From contig CAYOQB010000005.1 of NCBI GenBank assembly GCA_964406035.1, positions 10,860 through 74,859 on the forward strand: DNA of 64,000 bases, read 5' to 3'. Source of the DNA: an uncultured Solibacteraceae bacterium. Its GTDB lineage: Bacteria; Acidobacteriota; Terriglobia; Bryobacterales; Bryobacteraceae. This document shows, piece by piece, positions 20,223 through 30,124 of this stretch; positions within the stretch are counted from its first letter, which is position 1; every line of letters starts with the position of its first letter. A program made the position numbers and the translations under genes. The notes under the pieces were generated by a model that worked only from the letters and a program-made list of their open reading frames with translations, was not told the origin of the DNA and searched no databases.

Positions 20223-21148
20223 TTCTGCGATTGCGCCGTGTTCTGCGCGCCCTTTTCGGTGGCGTAGTAGCCGCTGCGGGTGCGGACAATGGGGTTGCCG
20301 GGTCCGGTGGCGTTTACTTTGATGGTGCGGAAGGTGCCGTCCAGCGCCTGAATGGCGGGCGTGTAGGCGATCACGTATTGATTGCGGATCTCCTGGGCCA
20401 CCAGCAGCGCGGTGGCGCCCACCTCATCAGCACTCTTCGGATAGTGAGCCAGCCCGCCGGTGGCGGAGGTGATGGCGTTCAGCGCGCGCTGGGCTTTCTT
20501 GGCCTCGCGCGGCTCCTCTTCGCTCAGGATACCGATGGCGAAGACGAGCACTTCGCTGTCGTGGGCGCGCTGCACCAGCTTCTCCAGCGTTTCGGTGCTG
20601 GTGTTGTCGTTGCCGTCGGTGATCACCAGAAGAACCTTCTTGTCGCGCTTGGCTTTTTTCTTCAGGTAATCGATGGACATGCTGAGGGCGTCGCGCATGG
20701 CGGTGCCGCCGCGGGAATCAATGCGGGACAGCCCCTCCTCCAGCACCTTCAGGTCGCTGGTCATGGGCACGTCCAGGTAGGCGTCGTCGTTGTAGTTGAC
20801 GATGAACACTTCATCCTGCGGATTGGAGGCCTTGATGGCCGCCAGCGCGGCGGCGTTGACCTTGGACCGCTTGTCGCGCATGGAGCCGCTGGAATCGATG
20901 ATCAGCCCCAGGGAAACCGGGACGTCCTCGCGGCGGAACAGCTTGATGGCCTGCTCGACGTTGTTTTCGTAAACCTTGAACGCGCTTTGGGGCAGGTCGG
21001 TGATGAGCTGGCCCTTCTTGGTGGCGACGGTGGCGTGCAGCACCACCAGGCGGGTGTCGGTGCGGAATACCGGATCCTGTTCCTGGGCGACGGCGGCGGC
21101 GGTCCCGGCCAGCACAGCCATCGCGATTATTTTATTGAGAAGGCGCAT
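20219..21148 (-). CDS. Secreted VWA domain protein (acidobacterial VWFA-related type)
   Basis: Signal peptide. N-terminal FRTDTRLVVLHATV beta-domain. MIDAS-like DSSGSM. VLLVITDGNDNTS. Confidence 0.85.
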   Translation of the reverse strand: MRLLNKIIAMAVLAGTAAAVAQEQDPVFRTDTRLVVLHATVATKKGQLITDLPQSAFKVYENNVEQAIKLFRREDVPVSLGLIIDSSGSMRDKRSKVNAAALAAIKASNPQDEVFIVNYNDDAYLDVPMTSDLKVLEEGLSRIDSRGGTAMRDALSMSIDYLKKKAKRDKKVLLVITDGNDNTSTETLEKLVQRAHDSEVLVFAIGILSEEEPREAKKAQRALNAITSATGGLAHYPKSADEVGATALLVAQEIRNQYVIAYTPAIQALDGTFRTIKVNATGPGNPIVRTRSGYYATEKGAQNTAQSQK

Positions 21149-22157
21149 AATACCCCGTCCGGAAAAATGCTTTGAGCGGCGGCAGTCCGCGCGGCTGCAC
21201 CAGTTTCACCTGCACCCGCCGGTACTTGCCGTCGCGGCTCTGATTCTTGGGCGAGAAGCCGAGCACATACTGGTTCCGCAGCTCGATTCCGATCTTGGCG
21301 GCGACGTCGGGAAGATCGCTGAGGTTTTCGATTCCGAAATGGCGGCCTCCGGTTTGCTCGGCGAGTTCGCTCAACAGTCCCGGACCGGCCATCTCCTCCG
21401 CCGAACGGCCGCGCGCGCCGATCGGCTCGAAGATTCCGATCGCATAAATCTGGACGTCGGCCTCGCGAACAGCGTTTCGTACCTCACTCTCGGTGTAGCG
21501 GCTGGAGTTGTCGCCGCCGTCGGAGATGATCAGGATCGCCTTGCGGGGGTTGCGAGCCTTCTTCATCTGGTTCATAGCCATGTACACTCCATCCAGCAGG
21601 GCGGTGCGGCCCTTGGCCTGGGTGAAGGTCAGCTTGTTCTGAATCTCTTCGGTGAGGGTGGTGAAACCGCTGACCAGCTCCGGCCGGTCGTTGAACTGGA
21701 TGAGGAAGAACTCGTCCTCCGGATTGGCGGTCTTGAAGAACTGGGCCACGGCCTGGCGCGATTTCTGGAGCTTGGCGCCCATGCTGCCGCTGGCGTCGAA
21801 CACGAGTCCCACGGACAGGGGAGCGTCCTCGCTCGAGAACTGTGAAATATCCTGCTCCACCTTGTCCTCGAAGATCTTGAAGTTTTCGCGCTCCAGTCCG
21901 GTCACCAGCCGGTTCATCGGATCGGTGACGGAGACGGGAATCAGCACCAGTTGGGTGTCGATGCGGATGTTGCCGCGGCGCTCGGCATCAGGATCGGGCG
22001 GCGCATTCTTCTTGCGCACTTCCAGGTTGGGCCGGGCGGGCGCCTCGGCCTGCTTTTCCGGTTTGGCGGGGGCGGGATCCTGCGCGGTTCCGAAAAGCGC
22101 AACCCCAGGGAGCAAGAGAAGAAAAGCAAAGCCGGCGGTGGACTTCCTAACCTGCAT
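21132..22157 (-). CDS. Secreted VWA domain protein, paralog of the downstream gene
   Basis: ATG 22157 (MQVRKSTAGFAFLLLLPGVALFG). IRIDTQLVLIPVSV, DASGSM and ILIISDGGDNSS. Same architecture as 20219-21148. Confidence 0.85.
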   Translation of the reverse strand: MQVRKSTAGFAFLLLLPGVALFGTAQDPAPAKPEKQAEAPARPNLEVRKKNAPPDPDAERRGNIRIDTQLVLIPVSVTDPMNRLVTGLERENFKIFEDKVEQDISQFSSEDAPLSVGLVFDASGSMGAKLQKSRQAVAQFFKTANPEDEFFLIQFNDRPELVSGFTTLTEEIQNKLTFTQAKGRTALLDGVYMAMNQMKKARNPRKAILIISDGGDNSSRYTESEVRNAVREADVQIYAIGIFEPIGARGRSAEEMAGPGLLSELAEQTGGRHFGIENLSDLPDVAAKIGIELRNQYVLGFSPKNQSRDGKYRRVQVKLVQPRGLPPLKAFFRTGYYAPSQ

Positions 22158-22256
22158 GATGGCGTCGATCGCGGCCCCAAGGCCGGTTATCCAGACAGGA
22201 CGCGGCGCGTCTGCCTTCAGTATACAAGTAAGACGCGCGAATCGGCCGCAAGTCAC

Positions 22257-23387
22257 CTATACGAAGTAGTCCTTGACCTTGTCGAGCAAGCTTTTTTCCT
22301 GCGGTCCACCCGGTGAGGGCAGGGTTTGCAGAAGCTGTTCGAAGACCTTTTTCTGCTCCCGGTTGAGCTTTTTGGGGACCACCACTTCGAAGTGCACATA
22401 GAGATCGCCGCGCCCGTTGCCATTGACGAACGGCACGCCGAGCCCCTTCAGGCGAAGCTTGTCGCCATGCTGGGTGGCTTCGGGAACGCTGATGGTCTTG
22501 AGGCCTTCGAGCGTGGGCACGTCCATTTCGACGCCCAGCGCCGCCTGCGCGACGTTGACGGGAATGGTCATGTGCAGGTCGTTGTCGCTGCGGTCGAAGA
22601 TGGGGTGCTCGCCGACCTTGAGCACGACGTACAGGTCGCCGGGACCGCCGCCGTTCACGCCCGGCTGGCCTTCATTCTGCAGGCGCAGGCGGGTGCCGTT
22701 GTCGACACCGGCGGGGATGTTGACCTTCAGCTTGCGTTCGGTGCGCGTGTACCCTTCGCCCTTGCACTCGCGGCAGGGTCGGCGGATGATCTGTCCGCGG
22801 CCGCCACACTGGCCGCAGGTGCGGCGGACACTGAGGAAACTCTGCTGGTAGACGACTTCACCCCGGCCGCGGCACATGGGGCACGTGGTGAGACCGTCTT
22901 CGGGCTCGGCGCCGGTGGCCTTGCAGCGCGCGCACTCGTCGATGCGCGGGATCTGGATATCGGCGGTGAGGCCGCTGATGGCGTCCTCGAAGCTGATTTC
23001 GAGATCGTAGCGGACGTCCTCGCCCCGCTGCGCGCGGCTGCGCCTGCCGCCGCGCCCGCCGCCTCCGCCGAACAGATCGCCGAAGAAGAAGTCTCCGATG
23101 ATGTCGGAGAAGTCCTGGAACTGGGAGGGATCAAATCCGCCCATCCCCGCCGCCGCGCCGACGCCCTGGTGACCGTAGCGGTCATAGGCGGCGCGTTTCT
23201 GCGGATCGCTCAGGATGCTGTAGGCTTCCGCCGCTTCCTTAAACTTTTCCTCGGCTTCGGCGTTGCCGGGGTTGCGATCCGGGTGATACTGCAGCGCGAG
23301 CTTCCGGTACGCAGCCTTCAAAGCCGCGTCGTCGGCATCCCGTGGCACCGCCAGGATTTCGTAGTAGTCGCGTCTGGACACAGTCAT
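22257..23387 (-). CDS. dnaJ: Molecular chaperone DnaJ
   Basis: J domain with the HPD tripeptide (YHPDRNPG). Gly/Phe-rich region. Four CxxCxGxG zinc motifs. Confidence 0.97.
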   Translation of the reverse strand: MTVSRRDYYEILAVPRDADDAALKAAYRKLALQYHPDRNPGNAEAEEKFKEAAEAYSILSDPQKRAAYDRYGHQGVGAAAGMGGFDPSQFQDFSDIIGDFFFGDLFGGGGGRGGRRSRAQRGEDVRYDLEISFEDAISGLTADIQIPRIDECARCKATGAEPEDGLTTCPMCRGRGEVVYQQSFLSVRRTCGQCGGRGQIIRRPCRECKGEGYTRTERKLKVNIPAGVDNGTRLRLQNEGQPGVNGGGPGDLYVVLKVGEHPIFDRSDNDLHMTIPVNVAQAALGVEMDVPTLEGLKTISVPEATQHGDKLRLKGLGVPFVNGNGRGDLYVHFEVVVPKKLNREQKKVFEQLLQTLPSPGGPQEKSLLDKVKDYFV

Positions 23388-23929
23388 GCCTGGGTGTGAA
23401 CGGCCACTTTCACCATCGCCGGCCGCAACAGGCGTCCCTTGAAGTTATAGCCTCGCACAAACTCGCCGATCACGGTATCGTCGGCAACGCCTTCGTCCGC
23501 GGGCACCTTCTCGACGGCGTGGTGCACATGGGGATCGAACGGCTTTCCCACCGACTCAATCGGCTCCAGGCCGAGTTTCTTTAGCTGATCGTACAACCGC
23601 GTGTAGATCAGCTCCATGCCCTTGGCGTAGTCCTTGTCGGAAGTGTCCACCTTCAGGGCGCGTTCGAAGTCGTCCAGCGTACCCAGCAGGCTCTCCACCG
23701 CCGCCTGGGTAACAAAGTCGGAAATCTCAGCCTTTTCCCGCGTCACGCGACGCCGGAAGTTTTCGAACTCCGCTTGGCGGCGCTGCAGTAAATCCTGTAG
23801 CTCGCTTTTCTCCTGGATCAGCCGGTCGACGCGCGAGCCCGGCGTTGGATCAACGTTTTGTACGGTTTCCGGGGCTTCCGCGGGAGCGGCGTCGTCCACC
23901 GGGGAGGTCGTGTGATTCGCTTCAGTCAT
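23384..23929 (-). CDS. grpE: Nucleotide exchange factor GrpE
   Basis: [18 protein letters not shown] coiled-coil and a C-terminal beta-domain ([16 protein letters not shown]). Its stop overlaps the dnaJ start (ATGA). Confidence 0.93.
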   Translation of the reverse strand: MTEANHTTSPVDDAAPAEAPETVQNVDPTPGSRVDRLIQEKSELQDLLQRRQAEFENFRRRVTREKAEISDFVTQAAVESLLGTLDDFERALKVDTSDKDYAKGMELIYTRLYDQLKKLGLEPIESVGKPFDPHVHHAVEKVPADEGVADDTVIGEFVRGYNFKGRLLRPAMVKVAVHTQA

Positions 23930-24019
23930 GGTGCGGAACAGCTTCTCCCTTCAAGATAACATCCGTCAGGCAATCTTTTTTCCAGTCGGGCGCAAAGCGA
24001 GTGTTAAAATCAAGACGGC

Positions 24020-25579
24020 ATGGGTTCGTTATCACCGAGAATCCAGTTGCGTCCGGCGCAGAAGCAAGTCCTGACCCCTGGACTGGTCCAGATGGTCACG
24101 GTTTTGCAGTTGAACCGTCTCGAGCTGAAGGAAATGATCTCGGCCGAGATGGCGCAGAACCCAGTACTGGAGGAGACCGCCGACGGAACCGAGGAGTTCA
24201 CGCCGGACGAGATCCAGGCGATGATCGAGAACGAGCGGACGTCGCAGCCCGCCGATCAATCAATCCTGGAAGCGACCGCGGGTCCCGATGAACTGGTGGC
24301 GGATTCGGCTCCGTCCGAAGTGGAAATACCGGTGGAGGCGGCGAGCATCACCTCCGCCGAGCCCGAGCCGGAAGCTCCCAAGTCGCAGGATCCGTTTGAC
24401 GAGATCGATTTTGGCTCGTACTTCGACGACTACCTCGATCCGGGGTACAAGTCGCCCGCTTCGGAGTCGGTGGAGAAGCCGTCATTCGAGACGTTCCTGT
24501 CCTCGCCGGTCACGCTCAGCGATCACCTGCATTCGCAACTGGCGCTGGTGGTTCTTTCCGAAAGCGTGCGCGACGCGGCGGAGCACATCATCGGGAATCT
24601 GGATGAGAACGGCTACCTGCTGGGCACCGTGGAGGAGATGGCGGCGGAAGGGCAGCACGACATCGCCGATACGGAGGAAGCGCTGCGCGTGGTGCAGACG
24701 CTGGATCCCGCCGGAGTGGGCGCTCGCGACCTGCGGGAATGCCTGCTGCTGCAGCTTCGCAGCCGCGGAGCCGAAGGCGGCGTGGCCTGGAGGATCGTGG
24801 CCGATCATCTGAAGATGGTGGAGCTCCGCCAGAATCGCGAGTTGTGCAAGGCGCTGTCGCGTCCGGCCGAGCATGTCGAAATCGCGTTGAACGTCATCCG
24901 CCATTTGAATCCGCGTCCGGGAATGCGCTATTCGAGTCCCGGCGCGCGGCAGATCGAACCCGACGTCTTCATTTCGAAGGACGGCGAGGATTACATCATT
25001 CAGATGAACGACGACGATCTTCCGCAACTGCGCCTGAGCCGCGATTACCGGCACCTGCTGGATCGCGAGCAGGAGCCGAACAAGGATGTCCGCAACTACG
25101 TGAAGGAGCGGTACGCCTCGGCTTTGCAGTTGATGAAGAACATCGAGCAGCGGAAGCAGACCATTCTGAAGGTCTGCCAGTCGATCGTGCGCCGCCAGGG
25201 CGATTTCCTGGAGCACGGCATCGACATGCTGAAGCCGATGATGATCAAGGACATCGCGGAAGAAATCGGAGTGCACCCGTCCACGGTCAGCAGGGCGGTG
25301 GCCAGCAAGTACGCGCACACGCCGCAGGGCGTTTTCGAGTTGCGGTTCTTTTTCTCCGAGGCGGTGCAGGGACCGTCCGGCAGTTCCACTCCGCTGCTGA
25401 TCCTGAAGCGCCGGGTGAAGAAAATGATCGAGGAGGAGGACGCCGCGCACCCTCTCACGGACGAGCAGATCACCGAGAGGCTGCAGGCCGAGGGAATTCA
25501 AGTAACCCGCCGCACCGTTGCGAAGTATCGCGAGGACATGCGGATTCCGTCCACGCACCAGCGGCGCGTCCGGAACTGA
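24020..25579 (+). CDS. rpoN: RNA polymerase sigma-54 factor
   Basis: Gln/Leu-rich region I (LRPAQKQVLTPGLVQMVTVLQL). Acidic region II. HTH and RpoN box (RRTVAKYRE). Confidence 0.95.
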   Translation: MGSLSPRIQLRPAQKQVLTPGLVQMVTVLQLNRLELKEMISAEMAQNPVLEETADGTEEFTPDEIQAMIENERTSQPADQSILEATAGPDELVADSAPSEVEIPVEAASITSAEPEPEAPKSQDPFDEIDFGSYFDDYLDPGYKSPASESVEKPSFETFLSSPVTLSDHLHSQLALVVLSESVRDAAEHIIGNLDENGYLLGTVEEMAAEGQHDIADTEEALRVVQTLDPAGVGARDLRECLLLQLRSRGAEGGVAWRIVADHLKMVELRQNRELCKALSRPAEHVEIALNVIRHLNPRPGMRYSSPGARQIEPDVFISKDGEDYIIQMNDDDLPQLRLSRDYRHLLDREQEPNKDVRNYVKERYASALQLMKNIEQRKQTILKVCQSIVRRQGDFLEHGIDMLKPMMIKDIAEEIGVHPSTVSRAVASKYAHTPQGVFELRFFFSEAVQGPSGSSTPLLILKRRVKKMIEEEDAAHPLTDEQITERLQAEGIQVTRRTVAKYREDMRIPSTHQRRVRN

Positions 25580-25607
25580 TTGTTTGTCAACGGCAGCGAG
25601 GCCGACC

Positions 25608-26168
25608 ATGAACATCGTTTACACGCGCAATCACGGATTGAGTCCGGAACAACTCCGGAAGATTGAAGCCAAGTTCGGGAAGCTGGCGAAGATGGTGGAG
25701 CGCAATGGAGAACGCGAGGCTCGCGTGATCCTGAAGAGCGAACGCCACCTCCATCACGCCGAGATCACGATGAATCTGTACGATCATCCGATCGTGGCGA
25801 CGGCCAGCGACGGGGATCGGTTTACCGCGATCTCCGGCGCCGTCGAGAAGATGGAAGCGCAGGCCAAGAAGCTGATGGCCAAGTGGCGCGGAACGCACCG
25901 CGGGGCCAAGGCGGAGACGGTCCGCAGGGAGCCCGCGGTGAAGGCCAAGGCGAAACGGGCGGCGGAGCCCGCCGAGGCGCCGGCGCCGGCCACGGGACGC
26001 GTGTACCGCGTCAATCACCAGTCGCGGCGCAAGCCGATGACGCTGGAAGAAGCGGTGCTCGAAATGGAGAGCGGCGCCGCCTACGTGGCCTATCGCGACG
26101 CCGATCGCGATTGCACCTCCGTGCTGATCCGCCGCCAAGACGGCAATTTCGACCTGATCGAATCGTGA
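25608..26168 (+). CDS. hpf: Ribosome hibernation promoting factor, long form
   Basis: ATG 25608. Sigma-54-modulation/S30EA-type N-domain, a Lys/Ala-rich linker, and a C-terminal dimerisation domain (KPMTLEEAVLEMESGAAYVAYRD). The position after rpoN is conserved. Confidence 0.9.
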   Translation: MNIVYTRNHGLSPEQLRKIEAKFGKLAKMVERNGEREARVILKSERHLHHAEITMNLYDHPIVATASDGDRFTAISGAVEKMEAQAKKLMAKWRGTHRGAKAETVRREPAVKAKAKRAAEPAEAPAPATGRVYRVNHQSRRKPMTLEEAVLEMESGAAYVAYRDADRDCTSVLIRRQDGNFDLIES

Positions 26169-27133
26169 AAGCGCGCAAAGCGAAGGCCGTCAAGCCGAAG
26201 CCGGCAAAGAAGAGGGCGCCGGCAGTGAAGCCGGAGCCGCAGTCCGCCGCTGCCCCGGCGGGCAGCTCGGGCGATCTTGCCACCACGGAACTGGTGATCA
26301 TCACGGGGCTGAGCGGGTCCGGCAAGGGGACGGTGCTGCGCGCGCTGGAGGACCTCGGCTTTTACGCCGTCGACAACCTGCCGATCGACCTGCTGCAGAC
26401 CTTCGCCGACCTGACCCGGGATGCGGCGAATATCCGGCGCGCGGCGCTGGTAGTGGATATCCGGGAAGGCACCGCGCTGGAGCGGCTGCCGGCGATGCTC
26501 AATCGCATTCGCGCGACCGTGCCCACCACGCTGCTGTTCCTGGAAGCGGCGGACCCGGTTCTTACGCGACGCTACAGCGAGACGCGGCGTCCGCATCCGC
26601 TCGGCACCGGCGCCTCCGTCCCGGACAGCATCCATCGCGAGCGGGCCCTGCTGGAGCCGATCCGCGCCCTGGCGGATCACGTGGTGGATACTTCGCGATT
26701 CAACGTCCACGACCTGCGGGATTTGGTGCGCGGCAAGTTTCAGGGCGAGGGCGAGACCGACGACATCATGGTCTATGTAACCAGTTTCGGCTACCGCCAC
26801 GGCGTTCCCGGCGATGCCGATCTGGTGTTCGACGTCCGCTTCCTGCCCAATCCGAACTACATCCCCGCGTTCAAGCACAAGACCGGGAAGCAAAAGCGCG
26901 TGGCGGACTACATCCGCAGCTTCCCGCAGACGGCGGAGTTCATCGAGCGCATTTCCGATCTGCTGATTTACCTGCTGCCCCATTACATCCGGGAAGGCAA
27001 GAGCTACCTGACCATTGCGTTCGGATGCACGGGCGGGCATCACCGCTCCGTAATGATCGCGAGCGACATGTTCCAGCGGCTGAAAGCCGCGGGTTATCAG
27101 GTGAAGGAATCGCACCGGGACATCGCGCGTTAG
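26165..27133 (+). CDS. rapZ: RNase adapter protein RapZ (P-loop ATPase)
   Basis: Walker A GLSGSGKG directly after LVIITG. Also FLEAADPVLTRRYSETRRPHP and GCTGGHHRSV. The GTG 26165 start (GTGA overlap with hpf) gives a 43-aa Lys/Ala/Pro-rich extension. An alternative GTG lies at 26294. Confidence 0.9.
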   Translation: MKARKAKAVKPKPAKKRAPAVKPEPQSAAAPAGSSGDLATTELVIITGLSGSGKGTVLRALEDLGFYAVDNLPIDLLQTFADLTRDAANIRRAALVVDIREGTALERLPAMLNRIRATVPTTLLFLEAADPVLTRRYSETRRPHPLGTGASVPDSIHRERALLEPIRALADHVVDTSRFNVHDLRDLVRGKFQGEGETDDIMVYVTSFGYRHGVPGDADLVFDVRFLPNPNYIPAFKHKTGKQKRVADYIRSFPQTAEFIERISDLLIYLLPHYIREGKSYLTIAFGCTGGHHRSVMIASDMFQRLKAAGYQVKESHRDIAR

Positions 27134-27978
27134 CGTTTGGCGGCGAAGCGGAACGCGACGCCCAGCGCGACCAGGCTGACGGCGAAGCCCGCGGCGGCGT
27201 CCACCGCGTAGTGATACCGTCCGTAAACGGTCGCGATCGCGACCAGGGTCGCGTATCCCGCCATGGCGCCGGCGATCCAACGTTTTTCGCGCGGCACGGA
27301 GACCAGCAATCCCCAGGCGGCGGAGAAGGCGGAAGACACGTGCGCGCTGGGAAACACGCTGGAGTGGATTCCGTACCCGCCCACGATCCGCAGGTTCAGC
27401 TCGCGAATCGCGGTGGTGATCGCGGGCAGGTCCAGGCCGGGGAATACTGCTCGCGGCGGCTCCGACGGGAAGTACGGGAAGAGCGCATACGCGCCGAGTG
27501 TGCCTGTCAGGTAAACCAGAAGGAAGCGGCTGGTGCAGGATTGCCGCCTCAGCAGGTAGAGCACGAGCAGTCCGAACGGGCCGACGGCGTAGACCAGCAG
27601 GTAGCTGAACTCCAGAATGCCCGGCAGGATGACGCCGGCGCTCTCGATGGCGGCGCGCAGCCGGAAGTCGTCCAGCACCAGCCGGTCCCAGGCGATCCAC
27701 TGCTGCTCCAGTTCGTGGGTGTGGCGCTCCGGGCGAAACAGGTTCATCTGGCGGTACGCGACCAGGGTGAAGGCGAGCGCCATCAAATCCCGCCGCAGCA
27801 TGTAATCGCGAGCCGCGTGGCGCACTGCCCACAGCCCCGCTAAGACGATGCCGAGGACCAGAAAGATCCAGCCGCGCCGCGCCCATCCCACCGGAAAGAT
27901 CAGCGATGCCGCCGCGACGTAGCCGAAGTAAGCGGCCAGCAGCTTCTCGGCGGCGCGCAGCTTCATTTGCTCCGGCAT
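27130..27978 (-). CDS. PAP2 superfamily membrane phosphatase
   Basis: Polytopic membrane protein with PAP2 motifs FPSAH and VYGRYHYAVDAAAG. Converges with rapZ with a 4-nt overlap. Confidence 0.8.
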   Translation of the reverse strand: MPEQMKLRAAEKLLAAYFGYVAAASLIFPVGWARRGWIFLVLGIVLAGLWAVRHAARDYMLRRDLMALAFTLVAYRQMNLFRPERHTHELEQQWIAWDRLVLDDFRLRAAIESAGVILPGILEFSYLLVYAVGPFGLLVLYLLRRQSCTSRFLLVYLTGTLGAYALFPYFPSEPPRAVFPGLDLPAITTAIRELNLRIVGGYGIHSSVFPSAHVSSAFSAAWGLLVSVPREKRWIAGAMAGYATLVAIATVYGRYHYAVDAAAGFAVSLVALGVAFRFAAKR

Positions 27979-28039
27979 CTCAACCAGAGTCTCACGCCGG
28001 GAAGCGGATCAGATCCGCAAGATTGTTAGGCTGAATAAG

Positions 28040-30124
28040 TTGGATCTCACCACACCGGTCAAATACATCAAGGGCGTCGGTCCCGCGCGCGCGGCCCTGC
28101 TGGAGGCCAAGGGCCTGCATACCGTGGAGGACCTACTGCTGTATGCGCCGTTCCGGTACGAGGACCGGCGTAACGTAAAGCCGATCGCCCTGCTCGCTCC
28201 GGGCGAAATGGCCACGGTGATCGCGGAGGTGCGCTCGGCGCGCGTGTCCGGATTCCAGCGCCGCAATCTGGGGATGTTCCAGGCGTCCTTTACCGACGGA
28301 TCCGGCGTGATTCTTCACGGCAAGTGGTTCCACGGGGCGTTCCTGCAGAAGATCCTGGAGCCCGGCGTGAAGGTCGCGCTGTTCGGCAAGGTCGAGATCG
28401 ACAGCTACGGCGGCGGGCTGACCATGATGCATCCCGACCACGAGGTGCTGTCGGATGACGAAGGCGACGCTGGGTTGCACACCGGGCGAGTGGTTCCAGT
28501 GTACGAAGCGGCGGGCAAGGTCACGGCGCGGCAGTTGCGCGGGATTCTGCACCGCGCGCTGGAAGCGCAGGGCATGGCGGATCACCTTCCAGAGCCGATC
28601 CGCGCGCGCCTGAAACTGCTGGAGCGCTGGAACGCGGTCCGCGAGCTTCACTTCCCGCCCCCGGACGCCGACCTCCGGCTGCTCAACTCCTTCCGCTCTC
28701 CGGGGCAGTTCCGGATGATCTTCGAGGAGTTCTTCTGGCTGGAGACGGGCCTTTCGCTGAAGAAAGCGCGAGCCAAGGTGCGGACCGGCATCGCGTTCGA
28801 ATTGAACGATCGCGTACGGGAGCAGATCAAGAAAATGCTCCCCTTCCGTCCGACAGGGGCGCAGAAGAGGGTGCTGGGCGAGATCGCCAAGGACATGGCC
28901 TCGCCCACGCCGATGTATCGGCTGCTGCAGGGCGACGTGGGCAGCGGCAAGACTCTGGTGGCGGCAGAGGCGGCGATCATCGCCATCGAGAACGGATATC
29001 AGGTGGCCGTGCTCGCGCCCACGGAGATTCTGGCGGCGCAGCATTACTTCTACTTCAAGAAGTTGTTCCAGCCGCTGGGCTACACCCCGGTGCTGCTGAC
29101 CGGTTCGTCAACAGCTCGCGAGAAGACGCAGTTGAAGAAGCTGTTGCACATGGGCCTGGCGCAAGTGGCCATCGGAACGCACGCGCTGCTCGAAAAAGAC
29201 GTGGAGTTCGCCAGGCTGGGCCTGGCGGTGATCGACGAACAGCATCGATTTGGCGTGGAACAGCGGCTGAAGCTGGTGGAGAAAGGCGCCGATTGCGACG
29301 TGCTGGTGATGACCGCGACCCCGATTCCGCGCACGCTCGCGCTGACGGTCTACGGCGATCTGGATGTCTCCGTGATCGACGAACTGCCGCCGGGACGCAA
29401 ATCCGTGGTCACGCGGCACGTCACCGAAGACAAATTGGAGCAGGTGTGGAGCTTCGTGCAGCGCGAGATCGAAAAGGGGCGCCAGGCCTACGTGGTGTAC
29501 CCGGCCATTGAAGAGTCGGAAGCGATGAAAGCGGCCGAGCAGATGCACGCCCATCTCTCGCGGGTGGTGTTTCCGGAGCTTGAAGTCGGCCTGCTGCACG
29601 GCAAGATGACCACGGACGCCAAGGAGCAGGCGATGGAGCGGTTCGCCCGCGGCGAGACCAAGATCCTGGTTTCGACGACCGTGATCGAGGTCGGAGTGGA
29701 TGTTCCGAACGCCACCGTGATGGTCATCGAGCACGCGGAGCGGTTCGGCCTTTCGCAGTTGCACCAATTGCGCGGCCGCGTTGGCCGGGGCGGGGAGCAG
29801 AGCTACTGCGTGCTGGTGACCGGCAAGCTGAACGATGTGGCGCGGGAGCGGATCCGCACGCTGGTGGATTCGAACGATGGCTTCCATATCGCCGAAATGG
29901 ACATGCGCCTGCGCGGGCCGGGCGAGTTCTTCGGCACCCGGCAATCCGGCCTTCCGGCATTCCGCATCGGCGATATTGTCCGCGACAGCGACATCCTGGA
30001 ACTGGCGCGGCGTGAGGCCACGACCTTCGTCGAGAACCCGCCCTCGGAAGCGGACCTTCGCCGCGCGCTCGAGTACATCCGCGATCACTGGCAGCGGCGG
30101 TACGGACTGGTGCTGGTGGGATGA
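28040..30124 (+). CDS. recG: ATP-dependent DNA helicase RecG
   Basis: Wedge-domain N-terminus. Helicase motifs GDVGSGKT, DEQHRFG and MTATPIPRT, and a TRG-like region (LRGPGEFFGTRQSG). Confidence 0.96.
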   Translation: MDLTTPVKYIKGVGPARAALLEAKGLHTVEDLLLYAPFRYEDRRNVKPIALLAPGEMATVIAEVRSARVSGFQRRNLGMFQASFTDGSGVILHGKWFHGAFLQKILEPGVKVALFGKVEIDSYGGGLTMMHPDHEVLSDDEGDAGLHTGRVVPVYEAAGKVTARQLRGILHRALEAQGMADHLPEPIRARLKLLERWNAVRELHFPPPDADLRLLNSFRSPGQFRMIFEEFFWLETGLSLKKARAKVRTGIAFELNDRVREQIKKMLPFRPTGAQKRVLGEIAKDMASPTPMYRLLQGDVGSGKTLVAAEAAIIAIENGYQVAVLAPTEILAAQHYFYFKKLFQPLGYTPVLLTGSSTAREKTQLKKLLHMGLAQVAIGTHALLEKDVEFARLGLAVIDEQHRFGVEQRLKLVEKGADCDVLVMTATPIPRTLALTVYGDLDVSVIDELPPGRKSVVTRHVTEDKLEQVWSFVQREIEKGRQAYVVYPAIEESEAMKAAEQMHAHLSRVVFPELEVGLLHGKMTTDAKEQAMERFARGETKILVSTTVIEVGVDVPNATVMVIEHAERFGLSQLHQLRGRVGRGGEQSYCVLVTGKLNDVARERIRTLVDSNDGFHIAEMDMRLRGPGEFFGTRQSGLPAFRIGDIVRDSDILELARREATTFVENPPSEADLRRALEYIRDHWQRRYGLVLVG

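Noticed and set aside
23999-24007. CIRCE-like half-site GAGTGTTAA upstream of grpE
   Set aside because: No TTAGCACTC-like partner lies 9 nt away, so it does not form the inverted repeat required for HrcA binding.
24482-27886. Minus-strand ORFs of 377 aa (24482-25615) and 598 aa (26090-27886)
   Set aside because: They are antisense to rpoN and to rapZ, and out of frame with the PAP2 gene. No recognisable domains.
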